A DNA stretch of 64,000 nucleotides from Roseibacillus sp. GTDB lineage: Bacteria; Verrucomicrobiota; Verrucomicrobiia; Verrucomicrobiales; Akkermansiaceae. A model generated the notes under the pieces. That model had not been told where the DNA came from. It saw only the letters and a list, made by a program, of their open reading frames with translations, and did no database searches. The DNA lies in contig JBPOGI010000006.1 in assembly GCA_051251855.1 (NCBI GenBank), positions 96,001-160,000 of the forward strand, given 5' to 3'. Shown here piece by piece: positions 1 through 10,931 of this stretch (its first letter is position 1; each line of letters begins with the position of its first letter). A program made the position numbers and the translations under genes.

Positions 1-805
1 GGCTGCTCAGTCCGAGTAAGAAGGCGGATGAAGGTTCTGGGATGGACTGCACGGAGCAGATATTACCTCCTCCAATTTCTTCGATAAACACGGCCTTCAC
101 ATTGTTGTCGTCATCCCAGGAACCGGCGTGAGTGTTGTCATTGACGCCTAGGAAAAATCTCACTTCCACGGATTGACCGGGATCGAGAATGCCGGTGTCG
201 ATGGCCCAGCTTGCGGTGGTAAGGGAGACGTTCCAACCGGGAACGTTGCTCGCGCCAAAGTCAGCATCTTGTTCGTCGATGGAATTGTAGGCTGCTTGGT
301 TATTGGATGCGAGTCCCAGAGTGGTGAACGAAATTCCATTATCCACACTGTAGGCTGCAAGAATACTGAAGTCCATAGACCCAGAGGAGCCCGAGGAAAC
401 TGCAGAACCGAAGGTGATGGAAATGGTGGAGTTGATGGAATTTCCAGAGTCATCCATGCCTGTGGAGAGGCAGTGATCGGCTCCTGGGGAGAGGACCATG
501 CACATATAGTCGCTACTACTCACGGTAGGAGTGCCCGCGCTCATGGTGCTGGGATTGTAGACGCGCGATGATGCTCCTCCCTGAACAGGGGACCATCCGG
601 CATATCCGGCACCGGCATCAATACCGCCCTCTTCGCACAAGGCGCCGATGGAGAGTGGGCAGGAAGGATCGGCATCAGGGGATAAGGAGCCGCCACACGA
701 AAAATTGACATCACAACAAATGGTTGTGGCGTGGGCCCCTGCTGCCAGTGCTCCAAGGAGGGATAGAGTGGCGAAGGGGCGGTTGGCGAGTTGTTTGGTT
801 TTCAT
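1..805 (-). CDS. PEP-CTERM sorting domain protein, 3' end beyond the left window edge
   Basis: ATG at 805 (MKTKQLANRPFATLSLLGALAAGAHA, signal-like) is in frame with ...VQSIPEPSSAFLLGLSS at the edge; not in ORF track because there is no stop inside the window. Confidence 0.8.
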   Translation of the reverse strand, partial: MKTKQLANRPFATLSLLGALAAGAHATTICCDVNFSCGGSLSPDADPSCPLSIGALCEEGGIDAGAGYAGWSPVQGGASSRVYNPSTMSAGTPTVSSSDYMCMVLSPGADHCLSTGMDDSGNSINSTISITFGSAVSSGSSGSMDFSILAAYSVDNGISFTTLGLASNNQAAYNSIDEQDADFGASNVPGWNVSLTTASWAIDTGILDPGQSVEVRFFLGVNDNTHAGSWDDDNNVKAVFIEEIGGGNICSVQSIPEPSSAFLLGLSS

Positions 806-922
806 CGAATTCTGTAGATTGGATTGACTGATATGAGGTGGGAGTCTGTTTTCTTGCTCCCGCCTACCTAACTGTTGGGAAACAGCTTTATCATCGGACA
901 AACTTTTCTTCCGAAGTGACTT

Positions 923-1699
923 CTATCTTCTTGATGGGCAGTTGCGCTTTCGACGAACGAGCAGGCTCATACTAGAGAGGGCGAGTAGGAGTGCGGAACT
1001 TGGTTCCGGGATGGCTTCCAAGTTTAGGCTGCCGGAGATGGTGGAAAGATTGAGGTTCGGAGAGGGGTCGCTTGGATCAGACGGCGTCGAAGGAGAATTG
1101 GTGAAGGACATTGACCATCCGACTGCGTTGCCCTCCCCTTCTACAGTGGGGACTTTGAACTGGGCACCACTTGAGGTGAGAAAAGCATTGGCTTCCCCGC
1201 TTCCGCTGTCCCCGGGAACCAGGGGATTGCCGCTCATTGCGGTATTGCTGCCATAACCTGCACTTCCCGATTCAAAAATGGTGTTGTTGGTCTCAAAGTA
1301 GAACTCCGATCCCGCAGTATCGCCTACATAAAGTGAAATTTCGTCGGCTTTGGATTCCTCTCCTGAGGAGCTGTCGGCGGCAGATGCGAGATAGACGATT
1401 TCAAATTCAGACGCGATGTTGATATCGTAGAGGAACGTGAAGTTGGTGAATGATTGAAAGTTGATGCTGACATTGGGAACATTGGTTGATGTTAGGGTCA
1501 GAGTTCCCGCGTAAGCCCCGTCCGTGACGTCCCAGACGACAATGCCGGCGCTCGGACTAGATTGCCCCATATTGAGCATGTAGGTGGTGGCATGAAGAGG
1601 GGAGGCCCCACAGCTGATGAGCAATGCCCCCGCGAGGGAAGTGAGGTGATAGGGAGTTTTAGCTGGGTTGAGCGCGGAACGGAATTGACGGCTTTTCAT
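923..1699 (-). CDS. PEP-CTERM sorting domain protein
   Basis: Signal peptide; C-terminal IPEPSSALLLALSSMSLLVRRKR. Confidence 0.9.
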   Translation of the reverse strand: MKSRQFRSALNPAKTPYHLTSLAGALLISCGASPLHATTYMLNMGQSSPSAGIVVWDVTDGAYAGTLTLTSTNVPNVSINFQSFTNFTFLYDINIASEFEIVYLASAADSSSGEESKADEISLYVGDTAGSEFYFETNNTIFESGSAGYGSNTAMSGNPLVPGDSGSGEANAFLTSSGAQFKVPTVEGEGNAVGWSMSFTNSPSTPSDPSDPSPNLNLSTISGSLNLEAIPEPSSALLLALSSMSLLVRRKRNCPSRR

Positions 1700-1867
1700 G
1701 GTGGTTATGCGGTTTGGATTCGCGAAAGGCTATTTGTGTAAGCGCCTTCCACGTATCTGTTGGAAAGCCATCCAAATACCGGACAAAGTTTTTCCGCATT
1801 CCTGCGGAATGAGCTGTGGGGGCCTAGGCGGTCCCAAGGTGATGATCAGGCCAGGGAGAAGCCTTCA

Positions 1868-2620
1868 CTATCGGGCCAAAAGCGAGCGCTGGAGCTGTTG
1901 CATTTCCTCTTGGATAGAATCGGGGGTGGGATTCTCGAGGGTGCCGGCGATGAGGTCTTTCACGGTTTGGCGAAAGCTTTGTCGCAGGCGTTGGATGGCT
2001 TTGTCGCAGCCATCGGCGGTGAGCCCGAGCTCGCGGCAGGCCTCTTCTCGGGAGTAGTCGAGACAGCCATCAGGAGAGAGAAAGCTTCTTAGAATGGCGA
2101 AGCGTTCGGAGCTTTTGGGGGTGCGGGCGGCGTCTTCCTCGAGGTGTTGCAAGGCCGAACGCATGATGGTTTGTGCCCAGTGGCGCTCAAAGCCAAGGGT
2201 GCTGGTTTCTTCTCGGGTTTCCTCGGCCTGGAGCCATTCTTCGGCTTGGTCGGCATCCAGGGAGAGGACCGTTTGGCCGCCACCGCGTTTGAGTGCGGTT
2301 CTTTGGACGGCGAGGTCCTTGAGGTAGCGGGTGAATCCGGTGAGGAGAAAGGTGCGAAGCTTGCCTCTTTCTTTTTCTGCCTTTTCAAAGTAATCGGCGC
2401 TTCCTACCGAAGCGAAAAAACCCTGCACCGCATCTTCGGCATCGGGCTGAGAGATTCCGCGATGTCGAGCAAAGGCGTAGAGTGGAAACCAGTAGCTTTC
2501 GCAGATGCGCCCCCAGCTTTCTTTTCGGCGTGCGTCGTTGTCGGATGCTCGTAAGCTGAGCATCAGGGTCCAACATGTAGTCGGAAAGGCCGCGTGGGAG
2601 CGTTGTCCGGAAGGGTTCAT
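1868..2620 (-). CDS. ECF-type sigma-70 factor (PVC type usually paired with Ser/Thr kinases)
   Basis: FPTTCWTL, YWFPLYAFAR, AEDAVQGFF, RGKLRTFLL, KRGGG, AIQRLR motifs. Confidence 0.85.
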   Translation of the reverse strand: MNPSGQRSHAAFPTTCWTLMLSLRASDNDARRKESWGRICESYWFPLYAFARHRGISQPDAEDAVQGFFASVGSADYFEKAEKERGKLRTFLLTGFTRYLKDLAVQRTALKRGGGQTVLSLDADQAEEWLQAEETREETSTLGFERHWAQTIMRSALQHLEEDAARTPKSSERFAILRSFLSPDGCLDYSREEACRELGLTADGCDKAIQRLRQSFRQTVKDLIAGTLENPTPDSIQEEMQQLQRSLLAR

Positions 2621-2665
2621 CGAGAGAGGTTCAAGAATGCACTCTCAAGACCGAGAAAGCGATTC

Positions 2666-3025
2666 TCAATTCTTGTATTGGCTATCTGAGCCACTGCCGG
2701 AGCCATCGCTACTGGACCCGCCGCCACCGCCCATGATGCTGTCGGAGATGTTGTAGTAGTTGTTGAGAAGTTCTACCAGCTTGTCGTCGAGTGACTGATA
2801 CTTGGGGCTGGCTCGTAAGGCCTCAATTGCTTCTAGAAGGGTGACCACGTGGACTTCGAGTGCAGACTTCAGGCTGGTGTCTGGATCACCCGATTGGCCG
2901 GATTCCAAAAGTGCCTTTCGCACTGAGGTGAGGTTGTTGACGGCATCGGCAACTTCGGCGTCGCCGGCGAATGTTTGTTCAACTGCGTTGCAGCAACCAA
3001 TGAAGGTGTAGTAGTTTTCGTTCAT
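2666..3025 (-). CDS. hypothetical protein
   Basis: 119-aa ORF co-oriented in the operon, Gly/Ser tail. Confidence 0.6.
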   Translation of the reverse strand: MNENYYTFIGCCNAVEQTFAGDAEVADAVNNLTSVRKALLESGQSGDPDTSLKSALEVHVVTLLEAIEALRASPKYQSLDDKLVELLNNYYNISDSIMGGGGGSSSDGSGSGSDSQYKN

Positions 3026-3049
3026 GTTATCTATTTTGTGTTGTTATTT

Positions 3050-4021
3050 CTATTGTCTGGAGAATGGGTGGTCGAACAATCCGTTTGCAGGGTAGTCGGC
3101 AAGGTCAGAGATTCGGTGGTCTTGGGAGTGGCAGAGGTGAGAGCCTGCAGGCCAAACACGGACCACTTCTTCTTGAGAAAAGCTGCGAGCGTCGAAGGCC
3201 GGGATGCGTCCTTGTTGCCACGCTTCATAGGCGGTGCGTCGAAACCATTGGGCAAGTTCGAGGGTACTGGGAGAGGTGGGAGGCTGTGCAAGATACAGGG
3301 AGGGAGGGCTTTCTGTTTCTGAATCCGAGAGGCGGATGAAGGGGAGCTTCCAAAAATCGAGGCCGAGTGGCCACCAGCGTCGCCGAAAGGTTCCTTCGAC
3401 GATACTGGACTCTCCTTCTTCCTGTCCCGCAAGCCACCAAGTGGGAGCATAGGCTGACCAATCGCCGTTCTTTTGATGAACGCTGTATTGGTGGTCGACG
3501 TGCCAGCCTGGGTTTTTGCGGTATTCGCTGTCATCCTTGATGAGTTCGATGAGTTTTTCGAAGAGCGTTCCTCGCACCGCATAGGCATGAGTGCGACCGA
3601 TACCGTTGCTTTTGAGGAGGAGAGGGGTGTTCGCTGGCTTGGGTTTGTTTAGGAACTCACCGCCAAGAAAGAATTGTCCCCAGTCATCAGGTAAAACGGG
3701 CATGAGAGTGTCGAGCCACTCGCTGGCTCGCGGGTGAAAGGTGACGTCGTCTTCGAGGATGAGGACGGAGTCGAGTTTGTCTTGGTGCGCTTGTTGAATG
3801 ACGTTCAGGTGCGAGAAGCGGCAGCCCCAGGCTCCGGGTCCCTGAGTCCACCACGACGGCGGAGGTGACTTACGACCATCTACACCCTCGACCCAGGTGA
3901 GGTCGTCAGGAGTTGCGAGCTGATGAGCTGTTAGATTTTTCACCAAACGTGACCGTCTGTCTTCTCGTTCGGGTAACGAGATGACGGCGATACGTTCGAA
4001 ATGGTCGAGGAGAGGGCTCAT
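3050..4021 (-). CDS. glycosyltransferase family 25-like protein
   Basis: ISLPEREDRR, VEGVDG, GAWGCRFSH, LILEDD, THAYAV motifs. Confidence 0.8.
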   Translation of the reverse strand: MSPLLDHFERIAVISLPEREDRRSRLVKNLTAHQLATPDDLTWVEGVDGRKSPPPSWWTQGPGAWGCRFSHLNVIQQAHQDKLDSVLILEDDVTFHPRASEWLDTLMPVLPDDWGQFFLGGEFLNKPKPANTPLLLKSNGIGRTHAYAVRGTLFEKLIELIKDDSEYRKNPGWHVDHQYSVHQKNGDWSAYAPTWWLAGQEEGESSIVEGTFRRRWWPLGLDFWKLPFIRLSDSETESPPSLYLAQPPTSPSTLELAQWFRRTAYEAWQQGRIPAFDARSFSQEEVVRVWPAGSHLCHSQDHRISDLADYPANGLFDHPFSRQ

Positions 4022-6141
4022 GGTTTGGGAGTGGTGATGGTAAGGCTGGTTTGGTCGACATAGCCTATGTCACCTTTGAGCGAGCTGTTTGTGAATTGAA
4101 GCTCTGACCCGATCCAGGCGGTGCCTTTCGGAATTTTTCCGGTGAAGTTCACTTGCTCCCACGTTCCTGGGTTTCCATCAAGCACGATGCTCTTCGATTT
4201 TACGGGACCAGCTTGAGCGCCCCACCCTGTGGTGAAAAAGTGAATTGTCCAGCCGCCGGTGGCACCGCTTACTTTGGAGTTGAGCAAGGCTCTTAGGTTG
4301 AAGGTAGTGTCTCCAGTGGCAATCTCTGAGGAGTATTCTGCCAAGTTCGTGATTTGAATCGCTTGAGAATGGCTGCCTCCAGTGGCGATGAGTCCGAACA
4401 TTTTTGAGCCAAGGGGATTGATGGAATCAGTCGATTGCGAGAATCTTCCTCGTTCAGCACCCCACTTTCGAGGGTTCACTGAGAAGTCGTCCACGACTCC
4501 GCCGAAAGAGGGAAGACTTGATTGGAGCTCGAAGTCGGGATTGGAGAGTAAGTTTGCACTCGTTGTCGTCTGACTGGGGGTGGCATCCACAGCAATATCG
4601 GTGACCGCTGTTGCTGCTTCTACTGCTTCGGACTCAGTAGCTTCAGCGGGCTCTTTGTGGCTGAATCCTGAGTCTTCAGTTTCACCGACATTGCTCGTGG
4701 GGTGGCTAGGAGAGGGGGTGTCCGAAAGGGCGACCCAGATTCCCGCAGGAATTCCGGCAGCAACGGCTGTGGTGAGTGCTATTTTTTTTAATCGATTTGG
4801 CTTAGGTTTTGCAGGAGTTGGATTGGGCTGGTTGTTAGAGGGAGGTTTTGATTCGGGGTGCGGGTCTTCGTCTGGTCCAAGATGGCCGTGGGGCTTGCCA
4901 TCTTGGGTAAGGTAAACGGAGAGGGGGTCTCCACTTACAGGATGGGGAGCGGTGAATTCTTTGACCGGCCAATAAGGTAAAACAGCTGCCGCAGATGGCT
5001 GCCAAACGAGATTCTTCGTATTAGGGGTGAGGTCTGAGGGTTGAAACTTGGCAGTGGTTCCATCAGGCAATGAGACTGGCTCTTGCGAAGCTTGTTGAGA
5101 GTCTTGTTGGGTAGGAAGGATCGGGGTTTGCCAGTCTTCTAACAGTGAGACTTCTCGCAGGGCCAGTGTCTGGGCATCTAGCATGGCCCAGGCTCCCTTG
5201 GGCGCTTTGGGATCTTGAGGGATAAGTGGGACGAGGTAGAAGTCGTCGCGAGAGTCTTCGGGGTCTTTGACGAGAATCGGATCGCCTGCGCGTGCGTTGA
5301 CGAGGGCTTGGTCCCACTCCGGTGGCGAGTCTTCGCGCCCAGTGAGACCAGAGTCCCGCACGGCGGCTAGGGCGGCTTCGCCTGCATTTTCGAGCGCGTT
5401 GGCAACTGGTGCACCAACGGCTCCGACTCCAGCAACCATGGAGGCTGGTAGTCGGGCCGCTGCTCCCTGGGTTCCTTCGGGAATGAGGGCAATAGCCCCT
5501 TTACCTTCCCAGTCCAATGAGCCCTGCAGGCCGCGATGGCTGAGTAGTTCCTCCATCGTAAAGAATCGTTCGTTGACCTTTCCGGTGCGCTTGTTTTCCT
5601 TGGAGTCGGTAGCTTCCAAACAAGAGCAGGGTGAGTTGCAATGCGTGATGGTAGGCTCATCGGGGAAAATGGAGAGACCGTAGAATCGAGGCATACCGGC
5701 CCAGGCGGGGTCGCGCATGAGGAGCCCAGAGGGAGAACCGTCTTCTTTCTTAAGAAAGCCAAAGGCAACTACCCAGTGCATCCCGCGATTGATCATGATC
5801 ATACAAGGCTGACCTTGACCTGCGATGGCTTCCAAAATGGCCTCTGCTACGGGAGCGGATTCTGTTTGGTAGACTTTCTCCCATTGTGTTGCTCCGTCAG
5901 CGTGATTGTTGATGAGGCTGAGGAGACTTTCGGCGGGGGATTTGATGGGTCGTTTGTCGGAAGCCTGCTTGGCATGGCTTCTGATTTCTCGAAAGAAGTC
6001 GTTTTGGGCAAAAACGGGAGGTGATTTTTTACTGCCTGCAAAGTCCACGACCATTAGGGCGCAGGCGGGTCCGCAGTAGCCGTTGAAGTCTTGTAAATGG
6101 CGAGGGACGTCGATACGGATTGCGTGTTGTTCGTTGCTCAT
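4018..6141 (-). CDS. papain-like (C39-like) cysteine peptidase domain protein with TM helix and C-terminal beta-rich (CBM-like) domain
   Basis: Q..GYCGPAC, HWVV, LMRDP triad pattern; hydrophobic segment; NLLSNPDFE at the start of the C-terminal domain. Confidence 0.6.
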   Translation of the reverse strand: MSNEQHAIRIDVPRHLQDFNGYCGPACALMVVDFAGSKKSPPVFAQNDFFREIRSHAKQASDKRPIKSPAESLLSLINNHADGATQWEKVYQTESAPVAEAILEAIAGQGQPCMIMINRGMHWVVAFGFLKKEDGSPSGLLMRDPAWAGMPRFYGLSIFPDEPTITHCNSPCSCLEATDSKENKRTGKVNERFFTMEELLSHRGLQGSLDWEGKGAIALIPEGTQGAAARLPASMVAGVGAVGAPVANALENAGEAALAAVRDSGLTGREDSPPEWDQALVNARAGDPILVKDPEDSRDDFYLVPLIPQDPKAPKGAWAMLDAQTLALREVSLLEDWQTPILPTQQDSQQASQEPVSLPDGTTAKFQPSDLTPNTKNLVWQPSAAAVLPYWPVKEFTAPHPVSGDPLSVYLTQDGKPHGHLGPDEDPHPESKPPSNNQPNPTPAKPKPNRLKKIALTTAVAAGIPAGIWVALSDTPSPSHPTSNVGETEDSGFSHKEPAEATESEAVEAATAVTDIAVDATPSQTTTSANLLSNPDFELQSSLPSFGGVVDDFSVNPRKWGAERGRFSQSTDSINPLGSKMFGLIATGGSHSQAIQITNLAEYSSEIATGDTTFNLRALLNSKVSGATGGWTIHFFTTGWGAQAGPVKSKSIVLDGNPGTWEQVNFTGKIPKGTAWIGSELQFTNSSLKGDIGYVDQTSLTITTPKP

Positions 6142-8949
6142 TGTTGTTCTTTCGTCGTTGGATTTCGCAGAGCCTGATACTGTTTTCGGAAGCTGCCGTC
6201 GCTTTGTTGATGGGCTGCTTTAATTATTTTGTATGTTTCGGATCGTTCTTCTGGGGTGAGCTTTGAGAGCGATGCTAATATGATGCGAGAGAGATGGGCG
6301 TCGTTGGTGTCGGTTTGTCCATGGGTGCGGTCTCCTGAAGCGATAATCAGGTGGTGAAGGAGCTCCAAGCGGTTCGGGGGCTCGAGTTTTCGGTAGCTAA
6401 GAAGTTCCTCGGCTTGGGTGATGGCTTGGAGGAGATGTTGGTTGGCTTGTGCTTCGGCTTCGTTGGTGCCGAGGCGTGCGAGTTGTCTCCAGGTAAAGCT
6501 TTGGAGGAGGTGCCACCAGGCGACGCGTTCGGGGTTTGTAGCCTGGGCTTGGCGCTCATTGGTGATGGTTGTGTTGAACTCCTGCAGCCAGAGGATAGCA
6601 GCCTGCTCGCCTTCGTTTTTGATAATGAATTTGGTAAAAAATCGAATCAATCGTCGGAGTTGATGGAAGTCTTCGACCTGACCTGTTTGACGGGCTACAG
6701 CAACTCCCAAGCGAATGGCTTCCGCGAAGTGCGGCCGCTGCCAGCTCCAGCCGCGACTGGCCCCCGCATCGAAGCAAAAGAGGTGGGCGTTGCTACGTAC
6801 AGTGAGGGAATCAATTTCAGTGGTCCGTATATCTTGGAGTCGATAGAGGCGCTCGCTTGCGCGACCAATCCATTGTTCACTAGCAGCTGCGTCTCCTCTT
6901 TCTTTGGCGAGTCGGGCAAGAATGACCGCGATGAAGACAGAGTTACTACCCCACTTCAGATTCCCCGGGTCCTGGGCGTATATTTGTTGGCTTCTTTGGT
7001 CGGAAGTGCGGAGGTCGTTGGTAATTTGAATGGGATCGCCTCGTTTTTCTTCCAGGTAGAATCTCCCGCGGACGAGTTGGGCGGTAAAGTGTTCGCTGAC
7101 GAAGGTGAGATTTCCCGGGTCTTCCTCGATGAGGTCAGCCGTCTTTTTGATATAGTCGGAGATGGCTTCTTCTCGCTCGTTGGTATTCTCGAACTCTAGG
7201 TGCACCAGGTTGATGAAGAAGGGGACCCGTGCGACTTCGACCTTAAAGGATTGCGTTTGAGCATTCGAGGGGGCTGCGTCGAGAAGAGCTTCGAAATCTT
7301 GCCAGAGTTGCTCGGTCTTGGTGATGAGTTGGAGGGCAGGCTTGGTTTGGCTGGTTTTCGTGTAGAGAATGACGATCTCGAGACTGAGGCCGGCCTCTAA
7401 GTGAGAGAGCTGGAGGTCGTTTGGGAAGCGGCCTTGCTCCTTCTTGAGAAAAGTGTTGGTTTCGAAGAGGATCTTTTCAGCTTTGGAAAAATTCTGGTCT
7501 TCGATGAGGACTTCTCCCAAGCGCCATCCGGCAGAGGCGCGAGCTCGCACGATGGGAAGAGGGAGAGGAGGCCTGCTTTCGATACACGCTTGTTTCGCGA
7601 GTTGGTGAGCCTTCTGCAGGTGGGCGAGCGATTCGTCGGTGAGGGCTCTTGGTCGCAAAATTTGAGCCCACTGAGTTTGGAAGTCAGCATGGCGGGCGAG
7701 GTTGGCGGGGTCGGTTCGTGCGGGGTTTTGATAGTGCTTGGCGACGTCTTCGAAGACGCTGTCGAGGACTTCGAGCCTACCGAGAGGAGCGACTTGCGCC
7801 GGTAGGTCGCGCACCATGAAGTCGACCCTTTGTTCGGCGTCGTCGAGGGCATGGGTGAGCTCGCGGTTTTTAATCGAAAGGAGGGTGCTGCCGATGGCAA
7901 GACTGGCGAGAAGGAGGAGGGAGAGAATGGCGAGGGCGGGGTTCCGCTTGGCCCAGAGCCAGATTTGCTCGGGGGTGCTGATGGGGCGCGCGAGGATGGG
8001 CCGGCCGTCTAGCCATCTTTGCAAGTCTTCGCGAAAGGCCTTGGCGGAATGGTAGCGGGTTGCCGGTTCGCGCGACATGGCCTTGAGGACGACGACTTCT
8101 AGATCGCGGGGAATTTTATCTGCGATTCGGCGAGGAGGGGGCGGGCTTCCGCTGATGATTTTGGTGAGAACCTCGTTCGCGCTCTCGCCTTCGTAGGGTC
8201 GATGACCGGTGAGCAGTTCGTAGAGGATGGCTCCCAGTCCATAGACGTCGCTGGAGGTGGTGGTGAGCTTGGAACCGCCTTCGGCTGCTTCGGGAGCGAG
8301 ATAGGCCGGTGAACCTAAAAGGTAGGAGGTTTGCGAGATGCCTCCGTCTTCTTCAGCCCATTTGGCGAGGCCAAAGTCGGCGATGTAGGGGTTTTCTTTT
8401 TCGTCGAAGAGGATGTTAGCTGGCTTGAGGTCGCGGTGGAGGATGCCATGCTCGTGGGCATAGGCGATGGCTTCGCAAAGAGTGGTCATCAGGGCAACGC
8501 TCTTGCGCCAGTGGCCGAAGTATTGGGTAAGGTTGTCGGCAAGGGAGCCGCCGCGGACCAATTGCATGGTCAGCCAGGGGCGTCCGAAATCATCTTCGCC
8601 GGACTGATAGAGGGGTAGGACGGAGGGATGCTCGATGGTGGCCATGGCCTCCACTTCGACGAGGAAGCGTTGACGTGCCTCTTCGGCGCGGAGGGAGTAG
8701 GGCGCCACAATTTTGAGGGCGACTTCGCGGGAGGGGCTTTCCTGTTGTGCGCGGTAGACCAGTCCCATGCCCCCTTGTCCAATTTCTTCGAAGACCTGAT
8801 GTCCAGGGATAGTGGGGGGGGGCGGTTTGGTTTTCTCGATCGCGGCTCTCGTCGCTCATTAAGCCTGACCACAAGCAGGCGGGGCAGATCCCTTCCAAGG
8901 CCCCAGCGTCAAGCGGGGAGTCGCAGGTTTGGCAGCGAGAGTTAGGCAA
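6138..8949 (-). CDS. Ser/Thr protein kinase, frameshifted in a G9/C9 run (8814-8822)
   Basis: IGQGGMGLVY, HRDLKPANIL, DFGLAK, YLAPE; the N-terminal CxxC...CPAC zinc ribbon (ATG 8949) is in a different frame and joins if one C is removed. Confidence 0.85.
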
Positions 8950-9319
8950 TGACGAGGTCTACATAGGAGGTTATCGAAAAAAGAAGTGAGGGTATCAGTA
9001 GCAGAAGACGTTCGATCTCCCAGCAAGAAGTCTCAGGAGTGTTGAGTGGAAGAAACGAGGTGCCCTTTCTTCGCAGAAAAGACACCCCGTACACACGGAC
9101 AGAGTTACTTGCTAGCCTCCAAGAGGAAGTGGTCGGGATTTGCTCAGGAGCGCAAAGGCACCGGGGCCATTTGATAGGTTTTTCATTTCTTCTCGGAGGA
9201 AGTTAGTGGGAAGAGTTCCCTTCACTTTCCTTCTTGGGAAGAATGAGCGCGACCGGACAAAATGAATCCGGTTTTTTTAGCGGAGCTTGTTTGTGCTCAC
9301 TGAAGCCTTACGCGGAAGG

Positions 9320-10294
9320 CTATTTCAGGTCGGGAATGGTGTCGACGATGGTGACTCCGGTCTGGTTGATCGGAGAGACGTGCACCTGATTGTTGAGCGG
9401 AATGGCTCCGAAGACTTTGGAAATGGCAGCTCCGGCTTTTTCGGCCGTTTCTTTCCCTTCGCAAAGGGCAAAGACGGAAGGTCCCGCACCACTGATACTG
9501 AAGCCGAGGGCACCAGCGGACATGGCGGCGCGTTTGGCCTCGTAGAATTCAGGAATGAGCTTTTGGCGGCGAGGTTCGGCGATGACGTCGTGGATGCTTC
9601 TACTGATCATCCCGTAGTCAGATTGGATGAGTCCACAAATGAGCCCGCCCAGATTACCAATTTGGGTAGTGGCGTCGGAGAGTGAGATTTCTTTGGGAAG
9701 GATTTCGCGCGCGACTTTGGTGAGGATTTCGATGTCGGGGTGGACGACGGCGGCCCAGAGGTTTTCGGGGACGGGGAGTTTGGCGACGTCGAGTTCGGCA
9801 TTGTCGCGCACGAAGACAATGCCTCCGAGGAGAGACGGTCCTACGTTGTCAGCGTGCCAAGCTCCGTCGGCGGAGGCCTCGCCGGTCATGGCGAAGGGGA
9901 GGAGCTGCTTTTTGGAGAGAGGAGAACCGATGAGGGCATTGACGGCGAAGGCTCCTGCAACGGCGGAAGCGGCAGAAGAGCCGAGACCGGAGCCGAAGGG
10001 CATGCGCTTGTGGATCTCCATCTCGATGCCGAGATCGTTTTTACCGAGGTGATTGAGGAGGTCGAGGGCGGCGACGCCGGCGGTATTTTTGGCGGGTTCG
10101 GAGGGGAGTTTGCCTTCGTCTCCAGTGATAGCAGTGATGCGGAGGCCGGGTTCTTCGGAGCGGCGAACGACGACATAATCGCCAGGAGCATCGATGGCAA
10201 AGCCCAGAACGTCGTAGCCGCAGGCGACATTGGCAACAGTGGCGGGAGCGAAGACGATGACTTCAGATGGTGAGCTGGCCTCAGGCATGCGCAC
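9320..10294 (-). CDS. thrB: homoserine kinase
   Basis: APATVANVACGYD, PFGSGLGSSAAS GHMP motif, HADNV, ISGAGPS. Confidence 0.95.
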   Translation of the reverse strand: MRMPEASSPSEVIVFAPATVANVACGYDVLGFAIDAPGDYVVVRRSEEPGLRITAITGDEGKLPSEPAKNTAGVAALDLLNHLGKNDLGIEMEIHKRMPFGSGLGSSAASAVAGAFAVNALIGSPLSKKQLLPFAMTGEASADGAWHADNVGPSLLGGIVFVRDNAELDVAKLPVPENLWAAVVHPDIEILTKVAREILPKEISLSDATTQIGNLGGLICGLIQSDYGMISRSIHDVIAEPRRQKLIPEFYEAKRAAMSAGALGFSISGAGPSVFALCEGKETAEKAGAAISKVFGAIPLNNQVHVSPINQTGVTIVDTIPDLK

Positions 10295-10385
10295 TCGTTA
10301 GCAGGGAGTCGCAGTTGGGACAATGGAACAAATTGGGAAAGAGGAGTCGGGTGACTCCGCTCAAGGCCTCCATTCCTCCCCACAT

Positions 10386-10901
10386 CTAGAAGGGCCAGAG
10401 GCTGAAGCCGCTCTTGGCCTTGCGCTTGTATTTTCCGTCTCCGATAGAGATGACTTCGACTTCGCAATCGGTGAGGCCTTGGTCTTCGAAGCCAAGTTTC
10501 TTGGCGGCACGCGGGGTGACGTCGATGATGCGTCCGGGGATAAAGGGACCTCGGTCATTGACTCTCATTTTGAGGCTCTTGCCGTTTTTGAGGTTGGTGA
10601 CTTTGACCACGCAAGGGATGGGGAGGGTCTTGTGGGCGGCGGAGATGTGCCAGGGCATTACCTTTTCGCCAAGGGAAGTGTTGCCCCGTTTGAGACCGAA
10701 CATGGAGGATTCGTTATACCAAGAGGCGATTCCGCGTTCCTTGTAGTGGAGCGCTTGGTCGACTGACATGGGTTGGTAGTGAATCCCACGAATGGTGTAG
10801 TCGCGAGTTTGGGTGCCTTTGTAGTTACCATACTTTCCTCCGCAGGAAGTGAGAAAGAGCGCCAGAATGGGAAGGAGGAGGTGAGTGTACAGCTTTTTCA
10901 C
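10386..10901 (-). CDS. rlpA: septal ring lytic transglycosylase RlpA family lipoprotein
   Basis: Lipobox LTSC; GIASWY, SAAHKTLP, VNDRGPF, RIIDV. Confidence 0.9.
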   Translation of the reverse strand: MKKLYTHLLLPILALFLTSCGGKYGNYKGTQTRDYTIRGIHYQPMSVDQALHYKERGIASWYNESSMFGLKRGNTSLGEKVMPWHISAAHKTLPIPCVVKVTNLKNGKSLKMRVNDRGPFIPGRIIDVTPRAAKKLGFEDQGLTDCEVEVISIGDGKYKRKAKSGFSLWPF

Positions 10902-10931
10902 CTCGCAAGATTACCAAGAAAGCTAAGAAGC

